Origin: Dudresnaya verticillata
Lineage: Eukaryota
DNA length: 64,000 nt
Direction: 5' to 3'
NCBI GenBank assembly: GCA_977862235.1
Contig: OZ374559.1
Location: 496,001 to 560,000, forward strand
Shown: piece after piece, positions 1 through 9,217 of the stretch
Layout: every line of letters begins with the position of its first letter
Position numbering within the stretch: position 1 is the first letter of the stretch
Notes under the pieces: generated by a model
Seen by the model: only the letters and a program-made list of their open reading frames with translations
Told to the model about the DNA's origin: nothing
The model's database searches: none
Position numbers and translations under genes: made by a program

Positions 1-1451
1 TTGGAAGTGCTTAGGAGTAACATGCAGCATCGGCGTGTTGATCTAGGAGTATTCGCTGCTATTGTTTGCCAAAGAGATGGAGACCTTTATGCATAAGAGA
101 AAGCATATAAATATATTGGCCATAAGTTTAACCGTTTAATGCACAAACAAGGGTATCACGAAACGTGCTAAGAGAGAGCTTTACTATTACTGGAATGTTG
201 CCATAGTTGCAGGCTGCAATGGAAGCGGGGATTTTATTTCTATTGCCACAAGGAAGGTTGTTCGTTCTGTAAAGACAATCATCAACGGGAATTATTTGGA
301 AAGTGCTAGGTGAAGAGGTATTTCGCTGTCTGGTTCTTCTACTTTCCCATGGCAAGGGGATCTGCATTCTATGCAGGCAAGCAAACAGTGCAGTGAATAA
401 TCTACCTCGATAATCACGTTGCGGTCAACCCAGTTTTGCATTGCATGCCAAACTCTGGGTTTTGGTGCGGAAAGAGGGGAACATGCCCCTCATGGTATTG
501 AAGGGAACAACATTGGAGGAGGATATGCCTGCGCTCGTGTCCATTGATGTGACCTAGTGCTAGCGCACAGTGAGTCCCAGGTTTCGCCTCGATTTAAAAC
601 CAGGAGATAGGCATCTTGCGCCCTCGAGTCTAATAATATCTTGTTTCAAACCTCACCTGACAAGGAGGCACTAACACATTGAGGTCTCGCGACGGAAGAA
701 GGCGAGATTGAAAACAGAACATTGTACCGCCGTGGTCTGCACATTTTGTTACTGCAGTACGCGACGAAGTCGTGATAAAAGCACTTGGCCAAAGGACAAC
801 AATTATATGTAGTTATCTCGAACTGGCACCATCTGAGGGGCGCGAATTCCTGCTCCGTCGTCCTCGATGGACTGAGTTATACTGGTACCGAGGGCGTGCT
901 TTTATTCCATGTTGACCGAAGCACAGAATGACGTAACAGGTCATTGCGTTTGCGCACATCTCCAGATCTAAATCGGTCGTGGCGATACACTGAACTCCTG
1001 ACCAGCCGTGCAGCATGCGATGCATAGTCGCCAGAGATGGCCTCTACAACCTTGAGACCCTCATCACGTGGGTTTGTCATTGCATTTTACTCTACGCGCA
1101 GTGCATGTTGTTACTAATCGCCAGAGAAACGATCTAGATACAGAACCATTCTAAGAGGATCGGCTGATCCGAGTTTGAAAGCGGTGAGAATCTGGGAGCC
1201 GCGGATCGACATTTCGCAGGTGCAAGGGGGGAAGCGAGGCGATGACAATGGTATTGTTCGGGTGCAATTGCTTTGTCACCGCCGCTTTCGTCGTCATTCG
1301 TTGCATGCGGGTCGGAGGGGGCACATGTTGTGCTGTTTTGCACTGATTGCGCGTTGAACGAAACTGCGGGTACGTCTAATAGTGTCACACAACACTACTA
1401 AAAGGAATTGTGAGACGATATTTCTGAAGTAACCGCTTTTCGTAAGACCCA

Positions 1452-1546
1452 TCTCTCTCTCTCTCTCTCTCTGTGTCTCTCTCTCTGTCTCTCTCTCTCT
1501 CTCTAGGAACTTCGTAAAATCCACACAAACTCTCTCTCTCTCTCTC
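1452..1546. repeat. Compound (CT)n microsatellite, present in every unit
   Basis: T(CT)10 GTGT(CT)n GT(CT)n, then a second (CT)n run at ~1530-1546. The first run has 10,10,9,9,9,9,9,11 repeats in units 1-8, which accounts for the unit length differences. Confidence 0.95.
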
Positions 1547-2692
1547 GCACTTTGTCTAATTCTGCCCTCCTCTTGCAGGATCTAAATAAACTCAACAAAC
1601 TTTCGCACTTTTCGTGCACATGCATCCCATCGCTGCGAATTAGCTTCTGCCCAGAAGGCATACGGTGTGGAGCTGCAAAACGTTTTGGCTTCGTGAGTGC
1701 GCTTCTCTTTCTGAGGGGAGCCATTTAACAATTATTTGTTATTCAAAGATCGAAAACGAGTACCTCGTGAGACAGCTAACGGATACACCACATACCAAAA
1801 GAACTAGGAATGCGTTCAAGGCCCAGTTGTACAGCAGCGCACTAGTTGTTTGCCTTGTGCGGAAAACCAGTTCATATCTCCCGCAGACTTACGAAAAGTT
1901 CATGCAAAGCGGTGGAACTGGCGCTTTGAATATGTTTTTAGCACAAGGAACAACTAAACTAATTTCGCCGTAACCGTTTGTAGACAACCAAGTTTTGCCT
2001 TTCCACTTTCTGTGGTAAACTTGTCCCCTGAGCAATACCTCATTTCACCCCGGGATGAACCCAAAGCTGTTCCAAGGATGTATATACTTTTTACATATTC
2101 TGCAATCTTCAGCTCATTACCACTATCATATCTCAATATGAAGATCATCATCACAACCATATATCGCACAACACATTGCAGCCATCCTGTCCACATTATG
2201 CTACGTACTATCGCAGGATATGACTTGTACAAAGGGATGCATAAATGTTAAAGATGATCGCTTTACATGCGGATCGTTTCAAGGTTCACATGTTTTGAAA
2301 TCACACCTCGACAAATAATTTGTAACGCAAACTGTACCCTTCACGGCAATAGCTGGAAACAAACAGTAGTTCATCGATTGCCACGTCGAAGCAAAAAAGA
2401 CATCCATCCTCAACGTTTACAGAGAACCAAGGATATCTCTTCTCTAACCGTATCTGCTACAATGTTACACTCTTCCTACTACCAAATTAAAAACACCAAT
2501 GATGATGCAGACCGTTATACAATGCCAAACAAAGCCTCAAATGGGGGCTTAAACAGTCTTGCTCAGGAGGGGAGGCGAAAGATTGAAACTGTTGACCTGA
2601 AGAGCCAAGCATGAAGAACTAAATATACCAATGACGTTTTCTATCCCATCGTCCGCCGTTCAGGTAATCAATCCAGAATCGTCGCCGCGCAC

Positions 2693-2700
2693 TATAAATA
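2693..2700 (+). promoter_or_regulatory. TATA box of the + strand peptide gene (repeated in each unit)
   Basis: TATAAATA ~115 nt upstream of the ATG at 2815. The same octamer lies at a similar distance upstream of the - strand copy. Confidence 0.7.
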
Positions 2701-2814
2701 CAGTTTATTGCTCTGTTATTCACTTTCATCTCATGCTACCAACAAGAGTTCTGTAACAGTTCACATCAGATCAACCGAAGTTCTAGATTTTCAACGCCAA
2801 CTAAAAACCTTGTC

Positions 2815-3228
2815 ATGAATAAGCTTTTCGCCATCCTGGTCATCCTGGCCCTCTCCTCCGCTGCCCTTGCCGCTTGCCCGTGCAAGTGCCACACTGGTGA
2901 TGATGAGGGCAAGGCCACAACGGAATGCGCCAAGCCGGCCAACTCTGCATGCAAGGTCCTGAGCTGCGAGGAGTCCGAAGACAACTCTCTTGGCAAGACG
3001 TGCTGCTCCATCTCCACCACGGCAAGTGCCGTCAGCCGACTGTCAAAGGATAAGAATGAGAATACGGAGGAGTTTGTGACGGAAATGAACTCTAGTGACA
3101 AGCAGAACCTGCCCACTTCCAACCGTGGTATTTGCAGGGGGATCAGGTGTGGCATCCGGTGCATTTGTGTCTGGGGACGTGGATGCTACTGCTACCGCTA
3201 TTGTTACTGGTTCTATTACTGGTGCTAA
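2815..3228 (+). CDS. Secreted cysteine-rich peptide precursor, 137 aa (+ copy 1)
   Basis: ATG start, 19-aa hydrophobic signal peptide ending ALA, 16 Cys in two 8-Cys blocks, upstream TATA. All differences seen between copies are synonymous. Confidence 0.95.
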   Translation: MNKLFAILVILALSSAALAACPCKCHTGDDEGKATTECAKPANSACKVLSCEESEDNSLGKTCCSISTTASAVSRLSKDKNENTEEFVTEMNSSDKQNLPTSNRGICRGIRCGIRCICVWGRGCYCYRYCYWFYYWC

Positions 3229-5048
3229 GGTTGTAGGCATGGGGGTTGATATTGTGTTGGACGGTTCGGGTCATGCCAAAAATAGATAGATACCATTGGA
3301 ATGTGTCATGGCCCCGCGGCAAGGTCGGCTTTCGTAAACTTCGAGTTATTGAATCAAGAGCCACTCCATGCTTTCTTGGCCATACTATAACATTCGCTTC
3401 ATTAGGCACAGAGAGGTCGAATAGCACTGTGGAATGCAGCAAACGAGCAGCGTTTCGTTAAAGATCGCATTCAAATTTCAAATCTGCTTGTTCAAATGTA
3501 TTATTATATGCGAGTATTGTATGACGACAACGTCATTCCTCTCTACTACAACATTCACAGATGTTTCACGATCATCACTTCACAATATAATATCCGAGCA
3601 TGAGGGCAGCTCTCTGCTTCAATTGTTCAGTCCACACATTTCCGTTCCTGATAATTCGCTTAATCGTTCCCAGACAGTTTGCCTCGTGTCACTGGCGTAC
3701 AAGGCGAAGGTAGATGGCACTCGGTGTGTCAACTCTTCAGAATACGAAGGTTTGCGATACGGCTGTGTTTCCCGACCGAGTTGGCTCCTGAGAACACCTA
3801 TGAGCTAAGTCAACACTTTTTGTAGATCTAATCCTTGAGTTTCTTCCCTTTCCCTTTGCGTGGTCGTGTAAAAGCTGCAGGGCCGATTCGACTTGTAGCT
3901 TTGATGCGCATGCTTCTAGAAGTGAACGAGATCTTTCGGTAGCGTTGGACTGGGGACAGTTCTTCTGTGCGAGCGAATTGTCCACTGGTCCACTGGTGGG
4001 ATGTGGAAGGGGATGTGCGAAGCGGTGCGGATACTAATCTTCGATTGGCAGATTTCAGAAAACTTGAAACAATGCAATTCGCGAGTGCAATTTCCATTGG
4101 TTGTAAAGTTGTCTCCGGTCAGATATTTTGTTTGTCACAGGGAGGAGGCACTTTTGCAGTTACAAACCAAAGTCTTTGAGTTACTGCAACATGCTTGGGT
4201 CCCTACCTTCACGTTGGCTGAATGCAGTCGGAAAGTCCGGGGCTCTTTCTCATCGTAGGTAGAGTGAAAAGAAGGTTGTCCTCTCTCTCTTTCTCATATC
4301 AGTGATGCCCACCGAGAAGGGAGCATTTATAGCTCCGTTGTAAAGGGTAAGTTTGTCAGGACCGCTTGGGTACCGCTCCGCCAGCAACACAACAAGAGCC
4401 CAGAAATTTTTATGTTCGGATAAACAGTCCCTGCTTTCCCACAATCGCTTGTGATGACCATTTCGAGTGGAGGGTTTACAACGCATATTCATTGTGCGAT
4501 ACAATAGCTCCCGGTGAAAAACACTCGCTTTTATGAAAATAGCAGAAGAGCTTGATGAACAGAGCTATACTGGAAACTCTTGGTGTGAGCTATGTGGTTA
4601 CAACCGCTGCTTATACAACTTTCGCCCTGCGTATGAATGGCAAAGCGAAACACCGTGGCGGTTCTGTTTTGGACCGAGTAATTGACCGCCGTCCAGGACG
4701 GGTCCTGCCCTTCTGGATATAATGCTGTGATCGATCGAGAGGGATAAATTTGTCCCAAGTAGGATGTGTAAATGAGGTCTTCAACGAACCTGTGAAGTTG
4801 CTTTTCGTTGCTTGCTTGTGGACTTATAGAGGCTCTACATGGGAAACGGGGGCTCATATGCAGGCAAGCTTAGGTTAATCGCAATCGAGAATAGTCTAGA
4901 GGAAGAATGGGGGGTTCGGAAAGAGGAGGGGACAGCGGGTCCTGTACGTTAGGAGCGGGGTCTTCCAAGGTGCAGAGGTCTCGAATTGCCTGCAGTGCGC
5001 AACTGACGTCCTGTATCGTGGTAAGGGTTTGGGTCAGGCAATGATCAA

Positions 5049-5085
5049 GGGCTTTAAAAGGCTTTAGGGCTTTAGGGGGTTTTAG
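5049..5085 (+). repeat. Short degenerate telomere-like tract (GGGCTTTA / TTTAGGG), in each full unit
   Basis: GGGCTTTAAAAGGCTTTAGGGCTTTAGGGGGTTTTAG: about 4 imperfect copies. Confidence 0.45.
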
Positions 5086-5125
5086 CTCGTGTTTCAATAA
5101 TCGTCACCTTTAGGTCTTTGTGCCG

Positions 5126-5146
5126 GAGCCTCCGACTCGGAGGCTC
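5126..5146. repeat. Perfect 10-bp inverted repeat (GC-rich hairpin/palindrome), in each full unit
   Basis: GAGCCTCCGA-C-TCGGAGGCTC, ~110 nt downstream of the stop codon of the - strand gene. Confidence 0.85.
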
Positions 5147-5256
5147 ATTCTACTACGCAAAGCACTGCAATATCAATAATATATGCATTCTGTTGCTCAC
5201 ACTATGAGAAGTGTTTTCAACCCGTCAACACAACTCTAACGACCATTACTGAGTCC

Positions 5257-5670
5257 TTAGCACCAGTAATAGAACCAGTAGCAGTAGCGGTAGCAGTAGC
5301 ATCCACGTCCCCAGACACAAATGCACCGGATGCCACACCTGATCCCCCTGCAAATACCACGGTTGGAAGTGGGCAGGTTCTGCTTGTCACTAGAGTTCAT
5401 TTCCGTCACAAACTCCTCCGTATTCTCATTCTTATCCTTTGACAGTCGGCTGACGGCACTTGCTGTGGTGGAGATGGAGCAGCACGTCTTGCCAAGAGAG
5501 TTGTCTTCGGACTCCTCGCAGCTCAGGACCTTGCATGCAGAGTTGGCCGGCTTGGCGCATTCCGTTGTGGCCTTGCCCTCATCATCACCAGTGTGGCACT
5601 TGCACGGGCAAGCGGCAAGGGCAGCGGAGGAGAGGGCCAGGATGACCAGGATGGCAAAAAGCTTGTTCAT
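5257..5670 (-). CDS. Secreted cysteine-rich peptide precursor, 137 aa (- copy 1)
   Basis: Protein identical to 2815..3228. Five synonymous differences were seen (AAT/AAC, TTC/TTT, ACG/ACA, TAT/TAC, TGT/TGC). Has its own TATA box. Confidence 0.95.
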   Translation of the reverse strand: MNKLFAILVILALSSAALAACPCKCHTGDDEGKATTECAKPANSACKVLSCEESEDNSLGKTCCSISTTASAVSRLSKDKNENTEEFVTEMNSSDKQNLPTSNRGICRGIRCGIRCICVWGRGCYCYRYCYWFYYWC

Positions 5671-5777
5671 GACAAGGAATAGGATGAGTTGAGAAGGGTG
5701 ACCTGTTCGTTGATGTGATTTGTGTGAGGACTGGCTGGCACTTGATGATGTTGTTGAAGGGAGAGATGGAGATCTTA

Positions 5778-5785
5778 TATTTATA
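5778..5785 (-). promoter_or_regulatory. TATA box of the - strand peptide gene (repeated in each full unit)
   Basis: TATTTATA on + equals TATAAATA on -, ~108 nt upstream of the ATG at 5670. Confidence 0.7.
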
Positions 5786-8700
5786 CACGTTGTGTTCTAG
5801 TTGGCATATAGGAGAGATATTGTGTGGAGTTAGCCCCTATTGCAACCCTTGCCTACAAGAGAAGTGAATGGATATTGTTTGCAAAAACGTAGAGTGTATC
5901 TCACAGGTTCAGTTGCGACAAACAATGCACATGGCACTGATGGAGGAATGGCGTTTCTTCTGCTGTGTTTATGGAAATCTTCCATACTATTGGAAGTGCT
6001 TAGGAGTAACATGCAGCATCGGCGTGTTGATCTAGGAGTATTCGCTGCTATTGTTTGCCAAAGAGATGGAGACCTTTATGCATAAGAGAAAGCATATAAA
6101 TATATTGGCCATAAGTTTAACCGTTTAATGCACAAACAAGGGTATCACGAAACGTGCTAAGAGAGAGCTTTACTATTACTGGAATGTTGCCATAGTTGCA
6201 GGCTGCAATGGAAGCGGGGATTTTATTTCTATTGCCACAAGGAAGGTTGTTCGTTCTGTAAAGACAATCATCAACGGGAATTATTTGGAAAGTGCTAGGT
6301 GAAGAGGTATTTCGCTGTCTGGTTCTTCTACTTTCCCATGGCAAGGGGATCTGCATTCTATGCAGGCAAGCAAACAGTGCAGTGAATAATCTACCTCGAT
6401 AATCACGTTGCGGTCAACCCAGTTTTGCATTGCATGCCAAACTCTGGGTTTTGGTGCGGAAAGAGGGGAACATGCCCCTCATGGTATTGAAGGGAACAAC
6501 ATTGGAGGAGGATATGCCTGCGCTCGTGTCCATTGATGTGACCTAGTGCTAGCGCACAGTGAGTCCCAGGTTTCGCCTCGATTTAAAACCAGGAGATAGG
6601 CATCTTGCGCCCTCGAGTCTAATAATATCTTGTTTCAAACCTCACCTGACAAGGAGGCACTAACACATTGAGGTCTCGCGACGGAAGAAGGCGAGATTGA
6701 AAACAGAACATTGTACCGCCGTGGTCTGCACATTTTGTTACTGCAGTACGCGACGAAGTCGTGATAAAAGCACTTGGCCAAAGGACAACAATTATATGTA
6801 GTTATCTCGAACTGGCACCATCTGAGGGGCGCGAATTCCTGCTCCGTCGTCCTCGATGGACTGAGTTATACTGGTACCGAGGGCGTGCTTTTATTCCATG
6901 TTGACCGAAGCACAGAATGACGTAACAGGTCATTGCGTTTGCGCACATCTCCAGATCTAAATCGGTCGTGGCGATACACTGAACTCCTGACCAGCCGTGC
7001 AGCATGCGATGCATAGTCGCCAGAGATGGCCTCTACAACCTTGAGACCCTCATCACGTGGGTTTGTCATTGCATTTTACTCTACGCGCAGTGCATGTTGT
7101 TACTAATCGCCAGAGAAACGATCTAGATACAGAACCATTCTAAGAGGATCGGCTGATCCGAGTTTGAAAGCGGTGAGAATCTGGGAGCCGCGGATCGACA
7201 TTTCGCAGGTGCAAGGGGGGAAGCGAGGCGATGACAATGGTATTGTTCGGGTGCAATTGCTTTGTCACCGCCGCTTTCGTCGTCATTCGTTGCATGCGGG
7301 TCGGAGGGGGCACATGTTGTGCTGTTTTGCACTGATTGCGCGTTGAACGAAACTGCGGGTACGTCTAATAGTGTCACACAACACTACTAAAAGGAATTGT
7401 GAGACGATATTTCTGAAGTAACCGCTTTTCGTAAGACCCATCTCTCTCTCTCTCTCTCTCTGTGTCTCTCTCTCTGTCTCTCTCTCTCTCTCTAGGAACT
7501 TCGTAAAATCCACACAAACTCTCTCTCTCTCTCTCGCACTTTGTCTAATTCTGCCCTCCTCTTGCAGGATCTAAATAAACTCAACAAACTTTCGCACTTT
7601 TCGTGCACATGCATCCCATCGCTGCGAATTAGCTTCTGCCCAGAAGGCATACGGTGTGGAGCTGCAAAACGTTTTGGCTTCGTGAGTGCGCTTCTCTTTC
7701 TGAGGGGAGCCATTTAACAATTATTTGTTATTCAAAGATCGAAAACGAGTACCTCGTGAGACAGCTAACGGATACACCACATACCAAAAGAACTAGGAAT
7801 GCGTTCAAGGCCCAGTTGTACAGCAGCGCACTAGTTGTTTGCCTTGTGCGGAAAACCAGTTCATATCTCCCGCAGACTTACGAAAAGTTCATGCAAAGCG
7901 GTGGAACTGGCGCTTTGAATATGTTTTTAGCACAAGGAACAACTAAACTAATTTCGCCGTAACCGTTTGTAGACAACCAAGTTTTGCCTTTCCACTTTCT
8001 GTGGTAAACTTGTCCCCTGAGCAATACCTCATTTCACCCCGGGATGAACCCAAAGCTGTTCCAAGGATGTATATACTTTTTACATATTCTGCAATCTTCA
8101 GCTCATTACCACTATCATATCTCAATATGAAGATCATCATCACAACCATATATCGCACAACACATTGCAGCCATCCTGTCCACATTATGCTACGTACTAT
8201 CGCAGGATATGACTTGTACAAAGGGATGCATAAATGTTAAAGATGATCGCTTTACATGCGGATCGTTTCAAGGTTCACATGTTTTGAAATCACACCTCGA
8301 CAAATAATTTGTAACGCAAACTGTACCCTTCACGGCAATAGCTGGAAACAAACAGTAGTTCATCGATTGCCACGTCGAAGCAAAAAAGACATCCATCCTC
8401 AACGTTTACAGAGAACCAAGGATATCTCTTCTCTAACCGTATCTGCTACAATGTTACACTCTTCCTACTACCAAATTAAAAACACCAATGATGATGCAGA
8501 CCGTTATACAATGCCAAACAAAGCCTCAAATGGGGGCTTAAACAGTCTTGCTCAGGAGGGGAGGCGAAAGATTGAAACTGTTGACCTGAAGAGCCAAGCA
8601 TGAAGAACTAAATATACCAATGACGTTTTCTATCCCATCGTCCGCCGTTCAGGTAATCAATCCAGAATCGTCGCCGCGCACTATAAATACAGTTTATTGC

Positions 8701-8803
8701 TCTGTTATTCACTTTCATCTCATGCTACCAACAAGAGTTCTGTAACAGTTCACATCAGATCAACCGAAGTTCTAGATTTTCAACGCCAACTAAAAACCTT
8801 GTC

Positions 8804-9217
8804 ATGAATAAGCTTTTCGCCATCCTGGTCATCCTGGCCCTCTCCTCCGCTGCCCTTGCCGCTTGCCCGTGCAAGTGCCACACTGGTGATGATGAGGGCA
8901 AGGCCACAACGGAATGCGCCAAGCCGGCCAACTCTGCATGCAAGGTCCTGAGCTGCGAGGAGTCCGAAGACAACTCTCTTGGCAAGACGTGCTGCTCCAT
9001 CTCCACCACGGCAAGTGCCGTCAGCCGACTGTCAAAGGATAAGAATGAGAATACGGAGGAGTTTGTGACGGAAATGAACTCTAGTGACAAGCAGAACCTG
9101 CCCACTTCCAACCGTGGTATTTGCAGGGGGATCAGGTGTGGCATCCGGTGCATTTGTGTCTGGGGACGTGGATGCTACTGCTACCGCTATTGTTACTGGT
9201 TCTATTACTGGTGCTAA
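8804..9217 (+). CDS. Secreted cysteine-rich peptide precursor, 137 aa (+ copy 2)
   Basis: Translation identical to copy 1. Confidence 0.95.
   Translation: MNKLFAILVILALSSAALAACPCKCHTGDDEGKATTECAKPANSACKVLSCEESEDNSLGKTCCSISTTASAVSRLSKDKNENTEEFVTEMNSSDKQNLPTSNRGICRGIRCGIRCICVWGRGCYCYRYCYWFYYWC

Noticed and set aside
128..2614. Many 60-115 aa ORFs in the head-to-head spacer, repeated in each unit
   Set aside because: No recognisable motifs and many lack an ATG start. Recurrence only reflects the DNA duplication. A faint integrase-like 'HGIKARPR' at ~890-915 was too weak to call.
2766..3164. 132-aa antisense ORF (and the 123-aa equivalent at 5321..5692, plus the 61-65 aa overlaps)
   Set aside because: Shadow frames of the real peptide CDS. 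Variants that are silent in the sense frame change amino acids here (e.g. D>E in unit 2), and the C-termini differ between copies.
2875..3225. Peptide as a metallothionein
   Set aside because: A signal peptide and an aromatic-rich tail are atypical of metallothioneins; the even Cys count per module fits disulfide bonding.
3434..5097. ORFs in the tail-to-tail spacer as a possible maturation enzyme, transporter or transposase for the peptide
   Set aside because: All are short and overlapping with no catalytic motif. The region may be an old TE relic, but I cannot support a call.
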